Source: Asterias rubens
Taxonomy: Eukaryota
Length of the DNA: 64,000 nucleotides
Direction of reading: 5' to 3'
Assembly (NCBI RefSeq): GCF_902459465.1
Contig: NC_047075.1
Location: 4,092,001-4,156,000 of the forward strand
Made by a program: the position numbers and the translations under genes. The stretch's first letter is position 1; each line of letters starts with the position of its first letter. The notes beneath the pieces are model-generated. The model did not search any database and was not told where the DNA came from. It saw nothing but the letters and a program-made list of their open reading frames with translations. This document shows, piece by piece, positions 10,801 to 21,879 of this stretch.

Positions 10801-13800
10801 AATAAATACTTTCCCTTTTAATCTCAGGGAAGACCACCCTAATCAAATCCCTGACTGGAGATGCAACAATGCAGCCTAAGGATCAGCTCTTTGCAACGCT
10901 GGATGTGACTGCGCACGGAGGTACCCTCCCTAATAGAATGCCTGTTATCTACATGGACACTGTTGGCTTTATATCTGATCTACCTCACAGTCTCGTAGCT
11001 TCATTTGCAGCAACGTTGGAGGATGTGCTTCTCTCTGTGAGTAGACTGTGCTTTTAGGCATTGTGAGGTATCAATGTATACTTGGTTTGCAGTTATACAC
11101 CATGCATGCCATGTGTATGACTTGAGACATTGCATGGTATCAATACATATTTGTTTGCGGTAACACCATGTGTGTATTTGATTTTAGACATTGCATGGTG
11201 AAGGTATATATTGGTTTGCGGTAACACCATGTGTATTATATATTTGTTTTGAGACAATGCATGGTGAGGTATCACTACGTGTATATAGGTTTGCGGTAAC
11301 ACCATCTGATATATATTTGATTTGAGACAATGCATGGTGAGGTATCAATATATTGGTTTGCGGTAACACCATGTGTACATGTATAATATTTGATTTGAGA
11401 CATTGCATGGTGAGGTATCAGTTTGCGGTATAACCATGTGTATAATTTGATTTGATGTCTACATGAGGCTTGCTGGGTAGATAATGTCTGGGAGACTTCT
11501 CTACTACCGGGAAGTAGAATATGGAATTCTCCTGGAGATCATGAGTTCTTAAAAGGGATGTCCTGCTCGTTAACTTCTACTTTGGCGGAAGGTTGAAAAT
11601 TGGCCAGGGCTACTACTTTAGCTTAGTGGATTGAGGGGACTTCTCGTTAGTAACTTATTTAACATGTATGTACAATGTACATGTAGGTCAGCCCTTCTTC
11701 TTAATAAAGTGTTCCTACTCTTTTTCCATGGGCCAAATATCATGTCTGCGGAGGTCTCTAGTCATTTTTCGTTCACCCTAAATTAAGGGAAGGTTACAGA
11801 GTTGGTAAGAACAAAAATCATGAAGATCACAGATTTACATAAAACTTACACGGTCTAATGATGATGATAGTAGAAAAACATCCCTTGAAATATTTCTGTC
11901 TGAAATGTCAAACTTTATGAGCCCCGTTTGGAGTTTATCGCTCACTGAGTGTTTTATTCATTTAAGTTTTTGCATCGATGTCATGCAAAATTGGTAGTCG
12001 GTTTTTCAGTAATTTCTTGTGACCGATCGATCTCAAACTTCTAGAAGTTTGTCAGTTTCTGTATGGTGGACGACATAAAGTGCTTACACTGCCAGCAACT
12101 AATTTGTAAGCAAAAAAAACAATTCTGTAATGTTCCTTTAATTGTGTAGTTTAAATACATTTTTCTTTTAATTTCCAATTTACATTGCAAATTTTCAGCA
12201 CGATCTGTTTTTCTCTCTCTGTAGGATATTATCGTTCATGTTCGTGACGTTAGCCATCCAGACAGTGTAGCACAGAAGGAGAAGGTCCTTCAGGTTTTGG
12301 CTGAGTTAGGCGTGCCCGAGACACTCATGGACAATATCGTTGAAGTCTGCAACAAGGTCGATAAAGTTGAAGGGTAATAATAATAACAATAATAGTCGGT
12401 TTTTATGCAGCACTTTATACACCCGAAGGGCATCTCAAAGGGCCTCCACATTATTACGCCTGGTCACTGGACCTTAAACCAATCCTTAAATCATCTTAGC
12501 TCACCGGGGAGTCACGCAGCCTGTGCTGCCAAATATGTAGCCAGTAAGCTAAGTCAATCACAATAACCATCTCTGCCCTTGCAGGTATCCATTTACCCCT
12601 GGTTGGAGAGAAGCTTATGGTTAGTTACATTTCTTCTTCCGGCCTTTGTCAGTTTTACAAACGAAAAGTTGTTACTATTACAGTCGATAACTGACAAGTT
12701 CAGATTGAGTGTACGCATTTTTATTTAACAAGGGGCAAATTTTATAGTGCTGCTTAAATGTCTGTAAGCAGTTGTCCGACAAAATACAAAGAGCAAAATA
12801 CTAGGCTAACTGAAGATGACAAAAGTAAATAGATAAGTAGAGAAAAAGCTATGTTTCATAGTGAGAGAGAGAGAACGATAAAAGTAAATAGATATGTAGA
12901 AAAAAACTTTATCTCTACTTTATCTCTACTTCTGACTATGTAACATAGTAACAGCATTGTTCTTAAAGGCACTGTACACGTTTGGTAATTGTCAAAGACC
13001 AGTGTTCTCACTTGGTGTATCCCATCATAAGCATAAAATAACAAGCCTGTGAAAATTTGGGCTCAATTGGTTTGACGAATGTGTGTGCTTTCAGATAGGA
13101 ATAAAATACTCTTAGCTAGAAGTCTTTTAATATTTGAGTGAGAAATCACCTCTTTCTCAAAAACTACGTTACTTCATAGGGAGCCATTTCTCACAATGTT
13201 TTATACTATCAACAGCTCTCCAATGCTCGTTACCAAGTTAATTTTTAATTTAATATTGGTTTTGAGTAATTACCAAATGTGTACAAGTTCCCTTTAAATC
13301 ATGGGAGATTCTTTGCATGGATTTATGCCTAATGCCTTTGCCTCAAAAGAGTTAGCAATATAAATGTTATTGTTATGCATGTCTCAGTACAACCTTTTTC
13401 TTGGTAGGCCAATTGATGAGGAGCTTGTAGAATCAGGAATACAAACATCTGCTGAGACAGGCTCAGGTTTGGACAAACTTAAAGACTGCCTCCAGAAGAG
13501 AATTCTTGAGACTACTGACATCACTGGCTGTCAGTTGGAAATACCAATGAGTGGTTCCCATTTAAGGTGAGTTGGCTTCAATTATGCAGTAATCAGTGTT
13601 TGGTAACCATTGGGGGAAGAGATACTGTATTGACCCCTTGCACGTGTGTCACACGCGGCGACTGATGCCACGCTCACCATGTTGGTGGGCAGTTAGGTTT
13701 ACGTGTATTAATACCGCGTCGCCTAAAACGCGCACTTCACTGCATAACGTACAGCATACTCAATGCATAGAGTTATATATGAAAACGCACAGTGAAATTG

Positions 13801-15757
13801 CCCACCAGTATGGTGCATTCAAGATTTTTCTGATGATGACGTCAGGTGAAATGGGTCAATAGACCTTTTTATTGCAAAGTTAAAGTCTTCAAGCAGGCTT
13901 AAATTCTTGATTCTGATTGGTCTATCCATAGCAACAAGAATGTGATATAAACCTATATTGCACAGCCCATATCACAACCTGCGTCTTGTGTGTTCTACGT
14001 CACGCCCCAAGTTTGCTTGAAGATAGATATGTTATCACACTCGTGCTTGTGGAATACGAACGCATAGCACTTCTGCGTCCCATATCAAACCTGACCTTCG
14101 TTGGGTGAGTTGCCTTCAACTACACAGTCGATTTTGGGTAACCATTTGATGGGGGTGAAGGAAAAGCTATAAATACAAAGCAAAGTCAATGCCAACAAGC
14201 AGGAATAGTTGATAGAACGCTTGCACGATCATCCGGAGTCAATCCACTATAAAAAATTTGTCTTTGTTACACCCCAAATTATTTCAAATTTACCCAGTTG
14301 GTTATTATTGATGTTTGGCAGAGATTTATCAGTTGTTCTATTGTACACTGTTTTAAAGGCAGTGGACACTATTGGTAATTACTCAAAATAATTATTAGCA
14401 TAAAACCTTACTTGGTAACGAGTAATGGGGAGAGGTTGATGGTATAAAACATTGTGAGAAACAGCTCCCTCTGAAGTGGAGTAGTTTTTGAGAAAGAAGT
14501 AATTTTCGACGAATTTGATTTCGAGACCTCAAGTTTAGAACTTGAGGTCTCGAAATCAACCATCTAAACCCACACAACTTCATGTGACAAGGGTGTTTTT
14601 TCTTTCATTATTATCTCGCAACTTCGACGACTAATTGAGCTCAAATTTTCACAGGTTTGTTATTTCATGCATATGTTGACACCAAGTGAGAAGACTGGTC
14701 TTTGACAATTACCAATAGTGTCCACTGTCTTTAAGCAAATTGCTCCTACCATCATCTTTAGCGTATAAGCCATGGCTTAAACATTGATTTTGCTCCTCAA
14801 AAGGTATTCTGCGACTTATATGCCGAAAGGCTTAAAGCCCCTTTCACACAGGAAGGGTCCCTTGGTAAATTGTACAATGTATGTAGCATGGTTGTGAAAT
14901 TTAACAAAATGTTTCTCAAGTGAAAGGACAATAGACCGATTCATTAGGCTCCGCCCACGATGCACATGTGAGCAAGAACGCGTGGGCCTCTCCAATGCCT
15001 TTCTGCACAACTCTGCCGCGCGCGACAAGAATACGCGCACGCATGTCGAACTTTATGTCGGACCATCGTTGCGTTGTGATGGGTCAATACACAATGGGGC
15101 GGAGCTTAATGGATCGGTCTATTGTTTCTATTGTCAAGTTCTCTTGCAAAATATTTTCAAACATTGCTACATTTTACAACCATGCTAAAATAAAGCAAGG
15201 GACCCCAGTTAAATTTCTGTCCTGTGAATAGCACTTTATATGCCAATGGTTACTGTAGTCTTTGCTCATCATGAATGTTTGATTTCCCCCATGAGCATCA
15301 TGAGCATCTCAGCCTTTCGGTTTCCCACTTCGTGTTTCACACAGGAAGGGTCCCTTGGTAGTAGTATGATTGTAAATTTAAAAAAAAATCCTTGTGTGAA
15401 AGGACAACTGTTTCTACTGTCAAGTTCTCTTGCAAAATATTGTCAAACATTGTAACATTTTACATCCATGCTAAAATAAAGCAAGGGACCCCAGTTAAGT
15501 TTCTGTCCTGTGAATTGCACTTACTATGCAAATTGTTACTGTAGTCTTTGCTCATGAATGTTCGATTTATCCCATTGTTATAATCTTCTTACAGTTGGTT
15601 ATACAAGGAAGCCACAGTAACATCAACAGAAAAAGGAGATGATGCCGATATGCAGATGATGAAAGTGAATGCCATCATGAGCGTCTCAGCCTTCGCCAAG
15701 TTCATTGCAAAGTTCGGTGATCTAAGAACAACTGTCGTTGAGAAGGAAAAGTCATGA
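7162..15757 (+). CDS. GTPBP6: HflX-family GTP-binding protein 6 (mitochondrial ribosome recycling/biogenesis GTPase); exons 7162-7898, 8325-8414, 9182-9411, 10828-11036, 12225-12373, 13408-13566, 15595-15757; 578 aa
   Basis: Joined ORF has HflX hallmarks: VFDRYAVVLKIFKDHARTREAQMQIALAEIPYLR, GGGET, G1 VGYTNAGKTTL, G2 LFATLD, G3 DTVGF, DISHP-like DVSHP, G4 NKVD; R/S-rich N-terminus resembles a mitochondrial transit peptide; all introns GT-AG and in phase. Confidence 0.92.
8325..8414 (+). CDS. GTPBP6: GTPBP6 coding exon 2
   Basis: ttgcag|A TAC GCC...CTC AG|gtacga; YAVVLKIFKDHARTREAQMQIALAEIPYL. Confidence 0.92.
9182..9411 (+). CDS. GTPBP6: GTPBP6 coding exon 3
   Basis: SRLRRQ...GGGETFL...FPIVSVVGYTNAG|gtgag. 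Confidence 0.93.
10411..10784 (+). mobile_element. TTAA-flanked Kolobok-type MITE family A (AGGCAGTGGACACTATTGG TIR); other copies 217-478, 9425-9782, 12967-13293, 14357-14730, 17970-18191, 39396-39789, ~42845-43045, 47049-47541, 47546-47924, 56463-~56660, 57126-57506, ~57793-57917, 62115-62491
   Basis: TTAA on both sides, purine-purine 5' terminus, TIR AGGCAGTGGACAC/GTGTCCAC(C/T)GCCT; conserved body in many copies. TTAA TSD with RR...YY ends is the Kolobok signature (piggyBac ends are CC...GG). Confidence 0.85.
10828..11036 (+). CDS. GTPBP6: GTPBP6 coding exon 4
   Basis: KTTLIKSLTG...QLFATLDVT...MDTVGFISDLPHSLVASFAATLEDV|gtgagt. Confidence 0.94.
11060..11450. repeat. ~60-bp tandem minisatellite (about 6 copies) in GTPBP6 intron 4
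   Basis: Unit TTGCATGGTGAGGTATCAATATATTGGTTTGCGGTAACACCATGTGT...TTTGAGACA. Confidence 0.9.
12225..12373 (+). CDS. GTPBP6: GTPBP6 coding exon 5
   Basis: DIIVHVRDVSHPD...EVCNKVDKVE. Confidence 0.93.
12375..12630 (-). mobile_element. Non-LTR retroelement/SINE 3' tail with (ATT)n end; related fragment ~95-210
   Basis: GCAGGTA(C/T)CCATTTA..CCC..GGT.GAGAGAAG shared between both loci; (aat)n abutting the GTPBP6 donor. Confidence 0.55.
13408..13566 (+). CDS. GTPBP6: GTPBP6 coding exon 6
   Basis: ...IQTSAETGSGLDKLKDCLQKRIL...LEIPMSGSHL|gtgagt (G5 SA motif). Confidence 0.9.
13628..13861. mobile_element. MITE with TATTGACCC...GGGTCAATA ends; shorter relative at 48216-48332
   Basis: Terminal inverted repeats plus shared internal CGCCTAAAA(C/T)GCGCACTTCACTG in both copies. 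Confidence 0.75.
14357..14730 (-). mobile_element. Kolobok-type MITE family A copy
   Basis: TTAA TSD, same TIRs, body reverse-complemented relative to 10411-10784. Confidence 0.85.
14932..15121. mobile_element. MITE with TAGACCGATTCATTAGGCTCCGCCC TIRs
   Basis: ~25-bp TIRs; absent from the adjacent tandem-duplicated copy of the same site. Confidence 0.85.
15595..15757 (+). CDS. GTPBP6: GTPBP6 terminal coding exon
   Basis: ttacag|T TGG TTA TAC AAG GAA GCC; WLYKEATV...AFAKFIAKFGDLRTTVVEKEKS*, TGA 15755-15757. Confidence 0.9.
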
Positions 15758-16075
15758 AGTATTTTCTCAAAAGAAAACAAAATTCATGCATGAATCATTT
15801 CTCAGATTTATGAGGGTTGGTGTTCATTCGTGAATGCTGTATTCAGCGATGTGGTTTGTATCCGCTGTCACCTGGCTAAGCGTGGATGGATTTGACGTTC
15901 TTGTGAGAGTACTGGGGAAGTTTATTGCTGTAGTCAGCTGAACTTGAGCATGTTACCTTTTATTGTATTTTTCTTGATAATTTGCCTGTAAAAATCAGCT
16001 TTACGACAAAAATATATGACAAGGCATCAAGGCACTGCCTGATACAATAAAGATATGTCCGTGCAGGGTTTACAC

Positions 16076-16328
16076 TAGACTTGTGGACAAGTCATTAAAT
16101 GTCTGTCGCGGTCTGTCGCGGTGATAGCGTTCCTACTCTCCCCGCAATTTCCGCAGTATTCTTACGAGACTGCTGGCCCGCGAGACTACTGCTCTCACAA
16201 AAACGGTCCCATTTGGGAGCAGAAGTCGGGCAATCATCAGTTTGCGCGAGAGTAGTGATCTCGCGAGACACCGACACAACTCGACTATCTCACAGCGTGG
16301 GACCATTAACGACTTGTCCACAAGTCTA
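16076..16328. mobile_element. Mutator-type MITE with 9-bp TSD
   Basis: TIR TAGACTTGTGGACAAGTC / GACTTGTCCACAAGTCTA; GGTTTACAC duplicated at 16067-16075 and 16329-16337. Confidence 0.85.
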
Positions 16329-17134
16329 GGTTTACACTCATGCTTGGTATGATTGGTATGGTAAAGATAATTCCCAACCCTCCTAAAAATGGCCTAGGAC
16401 TGGCTCCCTCCCCAGCTCTTCACGTGGAATAGTCCAGTCTAGGATACCAAGGATGTTAAACTTGCTTTAGTTATAGAAACCGGGGTAAAATGATACATAT
16501 AACTTATAAGGACAGGTGGCTCCTAACTTTAAACAGTCATTATATTCTACGTCAATTAACCATGCATTTTGTTAGTTCATGTTGCATTTTCATCCCATCC
16601 TGTTTTATATTGCCTGCAAGACCACACCATGGGTTAAATATAAGCAGTTCAAAATGCCCCTAGTGATTGCAAGTAGAGTCTTGCAGTTTGGTTATCCTTA
16701 CTTTATTAGCCTCCAATCAGAGTGACACAAATCTGCTTGGATGTTTTCTAAAACTTGTGGTTGTTTCACATTCTTGCAATGGATTGAGTGAATATTTTCA
16801 CTTGTTGAAATGATGGAATGTGTTTCAAGCTGTTGAAATGATGGAATATGTTTTATATTTTAAGCTGATGAGATATTGTTTAATATTGTGCTTCTAAATA
16901 CTCATTGTTTGTACACTCACTATCATTGGGTAGTAGGACATACAGCAAGTATAGCCGGGAAGGCAGACTAAGAAATTTAAAATAAAACATTGAAAATGTG
17001 AGATTTCTTGTGATTGAGGTTGTCTATTTAATTTGACTAATGACAAAAATTACATAGTAAACAAAACTACACAAAATGCTCTGACAGAGTTTCCATTGTA
17101 ATGGAGGATCATGCTGTTCCTCATTCTGTATTAA

Positions 17135-17489
17135 AGGGTCTATGTAATTTTTGTAGGACAAAAAACACAATGTCTACAGATTTACACTAAACTTACACAG
17201 TTTGAAGATAATGATAGTAGAAAGCTTCCCTGAAAATATTACGTGCTGAGGTGCTGTAGTTTTTTGGGAAATGAGTAAAACAATGTCATAAAAATAATTT
17301 TCGTCTCATGAGACGACAATTACTTTAATAATTTACAAACGTATTTTCATGACATTGTTTTACTAATTTCTCAAAAACTACAGCACCTCAGTAAGTAATA
17401 TTTGAAGGGAAGCTTTCCACTATCATTATCTTCAAACCTTGTAAGTTTAATGTAAATCTATGGACATTTTGAAAAGGTACCCAAATCCT
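17135..17489. mobile_element. Kolobok-type MITE family B copy
   Basis: Same body as 49754-50107; left TTAA intact. Confidence 0.82.
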
Positions 17490-20400
17490 CTAAAACCAGT
17501 AACCCTGGGAGTTACACAAGTGCATACAGGAATACACATGTTCCCTTAGTTATTGGTTCACCAATAGAAGTTTTAGAAGCTTGATTGTCGTGGGGAGGGA
17601 TGAAACCAGCACAGGCCATCTTTAGTCCTGAAAGACCAGTAGCTCCTTTTTGTTTAGAGGGTAATTGTGGGTATGTCTCTATGTGGCTGAGACAGTTTTG
17701 TGCACAAAGTGTATGAGTGAAAATATTTGTTCAGCCCATCATCAAAGAAATAAGCACTTGGATATGCGGAATGGTCCATGACTCGGTGTTGTGCTCTAAC
17801 TTCTAAAGGGTTGTAAGGTAGAGGGAGTTGATTGTCATAACTGAAGTGATGTAAAAAGGGGTTCCAATCATCAACCCAGCAAGTATTTTGATATTAAATT
17901 TCACGACACATAAGGGGTGCCTCTGACGGTAGGCAAAAGTGCGCTTGCACTATCAAAATCATAATGAAATTATTGTTGAGCTTCGAGACCTCAGCTTATA
18001 GGTCTCGAATTCAAGGCATCTGTAACCACAAAGCTTATGCGACAAACGAGTTTTTCTTCTTCCTTTATTCTCTTGCAACTTCGAAGACTAACTGAGTTCA
18101 GTTTTTCACAGGTTTTGTATTTTATGCATATTATGTTGAGATACACAGTTTGGAAGACTGACCTTTAAAAATGCCAAAGGTGGCAGTGTCTTTAAAACAA
18201 AAAGTGAAACAAGGTATACTTATCTGGCAGTTATCGGGATTGTTATCTAAAAAGTGTTGTTTACTGTCATGCATATATATAGGAGCTTCTTGTCACTTTT
18301 TGTTGCAAAATAATTATTTGACCAATATCATCCATGCATGGAACAACAATAGTTTATTCCCCAAGTGAATATTAAAATAAAATGTCATGATATCAATTGC
18401 TATTATCTTTACTCTTCTAGAAGACAGAAATATAAGCTTTGTTTTTATTGGTCAAAGGTGATGTTTGTCTGCTTCACAAACATCTAAACACATATAGGGA
18501 AGTTTTGGGTCACTTCATTTATCCAAACAGAAAGTACACCTGTAATTATCCCTGCGGATAAAGCTAATTGCCCACTCTAATCGACATGGTAAAGTCCCCC
18601 CCCCCGCCCCCACCTACTCTAGCCCCACAATTGTCACACCTCAAGAGATTGAACAACTCGCAAATGAAGATAGATCATCCCTTAATTCTTTGCTCTGCGT
18701 GCCTCCCTACCTAGCCTCCCAAACCAATTGCTTACGTCACTGGTATTACGTGACCCCCAATGCCAATACAACCACCCCCTCCCACACCTTCAAAAATGCT
18801 AAAAGTTTCACGGACAACATTTCCACGACCGCAGAACATAAAATTCCTTCCGCGCACCGGTGAAAGTAGTGCGCCTTTCCCGTGTAAAAATTTAAAAACG
18901 GAGACCAAACGCAATGCAGTTTGCACAAGTTTTTTTTATTTTGGTTACTTTTGAAGAAACTTATCTTCACTTTAATTAAAAATGTACTTTTGTCTACATT
19001 TTTTTAATAATTAAATGACTCGCGAAGGAATATTATCATGAGTAAACGGTCCACGGAGGCAAATTTGGTTGTTTTTCAATTAGTGATTAACACACGTTAA
19101 AAGGATGTGACAACATTGTGCTCCTTCGTAGTTTTCTGTCATATTTACGGCATTTTTTTCACAATTTTGTCTAGCTGTGGATTAAAGTGGACGTCTTAAA
19201 TTATAGACCAAATGGAAATAGTCTGAAGCTGGAACTGGACGAATTTAAGGCTGAATTTCGGAAGTGAAAATGCTGCGCCATCTCACCAATTCGCCCAAGT
19301 GCCGTGTGCCAACCGCCACCATGCAAAAGCACGGCAGTTAATCTAGCTGTTGTTCGAGACAGTGAGACTGGCAACAAAACTGTGAGCAAAGACATTGACT
19401 GTTGCTTGGCGGCGAATGTTGTACTGAAACTTGCATTCAAATGTTTGTGCAACAAAATAGACCGTTTTACTTCCAGAAGTTCTAGCAGAATGAGGAATAT
19501 ATTATCGTCTCGGTTGAAAGCTTGCGTCGAGTTCAAGACAAGGTCAAGCCTGACCAGGAGGGGGTGAGTCAATGAGTCGACACAAAAACGGTTCTTTTTA
19601 GAACCGCCTACTCAGTAGGGCAGACAACTCTCATACAGAAATAATTGTCTCATTATGCTTTTTTTACTTTAAATCTCAGAGGACAAGGTGTTTACAATTC
19701 AGGCAAATTTCTCTCAAACTGTACTTTTCATACTCAAGGTTTTGTTGGTTTAAAAATAACTAAAACAGCACTGAAAGATTTATGAACAATCTCTTGTAAA
19801 AAATACTTGGTTTAGCTAATAGTTTGTTGTCAAATAATATAAAAGCACCTGACATAAATTGTTGTAACAATGAAAATGATTGGTACTCATTTGCAAGGTT
19901 TCGCAATAAAGGTACTGCATGTACTGCCAATTCAAATAAATTTAGTTTAGCAATACATTATGTTGAGACAGGGTTCGAAAGATGTTTTAACAGATAGATG
20001 AAAAAAAAAGTTTCAAAAAGGGTATTTTTATTCTTTTTAACCTCATTTAAAAAACGTGTTGTGAAATTGTGTTGATCTTTTATCAGACCATTATCACACT
20101 ATGATGTAAATGTTTGTACAAGTGTTAAAATTAAAAATAAATACATTTTCGTCGTAAAAAAAAAAGAATACAAGTTTATTATAGTCTGAATTGGAATGTG
20201 GTATCCCTGCTCAGCTACTGTTGAACTTGCAGTGCACACGTCCGTCACTCACGAACTGAACAATGATGCGGAAAGGTCGTGACCATCTGTATGCCAATAG
20301 CTTCCAGCAAACGCAACACTTCGTTTGGAACTGATGTCATTCATTGCGTCAACAAAAGAAACAGTAATACATTTTTCAAAGGAGATGAGAACAAGAAGAA

Positions 20401-21879
20401 AACTACATTGATCTTCAACGCGCCTAATCAGGCTAATAGGATTATAGAGTCTATTGAATTGCACAAATTTAAATGACTATAATAATAAGAAAACTGACTT
20501 TGGAACATTTCAGTTTGTTTATGCGCAGTGCGTTGCAAAGGCAAAACTCATCACCAACATTACTGACCCAAACAATCATTCAAACATTGAATTATACACA
20601 CAGACTTTAAATATAAATAAATGCCCTATAAAGGGGAAGTTTAACAGCTGAAAAATTAGTTCCTTTTTTAAAATTAGAGAAAGTAGTATAAAAACAAAAC
20701 CAGTTAATTAGTGCTTATCATAGTTTCCTTTTTGTTTTAACTCAAGTTCCAAGTGGTAAACATGGAGTGAATGATTGAGATAACAATATTGGATGAGAAT
20801 GTAGCCTCCTGGAGAGGGAATGTTTGTTTGCCAAAAGAGTGGATATACATGAGAAAAAAAGCAACCACATCAAAATAACTTAAGAAGTAGATAAATATGT
20901 AGTAATTTAAATACAGCATTCGTGCTCTAGGCTTACTTATACAGTTTTAGTAAAGAGTGAACGATTGAGATAATTTTGGGTGAAGTGGCCTCCTGGAGAG
21001 GGAATGAAAGTTTGCTAAAAGAGTGGATGCACAAAATACTCTATAAAAGAACAGCAACATGAAAATGGATTAATGAAGTAAATTACAAGTGTTCTTTTAG
21101 GCCTATAGTTTTTAGTCTATTCACTAGGTATTGTGTCTCTTCTCAGACTAAATCTTTCAAATTCTTCATTCAAAGTCTTGCTTCGAAGTCATTTCCTCCT
21201 CTTGTTCATCGGTTGATGTTCTTATACTGAAGTTCATGCTGCCTTTCATAGCTTCATCAAACCCACATCATGTTTCTTGGCCCTGAGATCATTAATGCAC
21301 AGTATCCTTTCTGTGATCATGTCTCATTTAGACTCTATAGCTACAGGTGGAAATAATTCTCTTCTGTGTGAATCAGGTATTCACATGTTTGCAATTAGCA
21401 GATTATATAACGTTTTTTCCGGACACAATGTTGAGAGTTGGAATTATTTGTTTGATGTGGTCTGCCACTTGCCCACTGGAAGTCATGAAGACCCAGCTGA
21501 CATTTCTCCCTTGCTCTTATGTATTAATTAACACAAAATTCTTCTTGTGTTTATTTTTACTTGATGCAATTGATGCAACTGACACCAAAGTCTATTGTTT
21601 GAAGAGAATTGCAGCATCTTTTCCAGTGAGCCCTATCTATATCTTATAAGTTCAAAATATTTAAGAGGTAAGTAAATAAATTGTGTTCAAGTACTTTTCT
21701 TCCTAAATACCATCTCCTTCTTAGTTTGTTGCGTATTCATATATGGATTTATATTTTTAAGTAGTTTTGGTAAGTAAGTTTTTGCAAGTAAAAAAGTAAC
21801 TGTCTGTGAATGTAGTAAGGGTAATCTGAAATGCAGTTCGTTATTACTCTGTGACATTTCAAGACAGCGTTCTATATAG

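Noticed and set aside
11060-11450. Regular ~60-bp repeats as a CRISPR array
   Set aside because: Whole units repeat with no unique spacers; eukaryotic intron; no cas genes.
19201-19572. Opposing ORFs (123 aa minus, 87 aa plus) with a GTGAGT donor at 19564
   Set aside because: No recognisable homology or linked exons; could be a relic exon but cannot be supported without a search.
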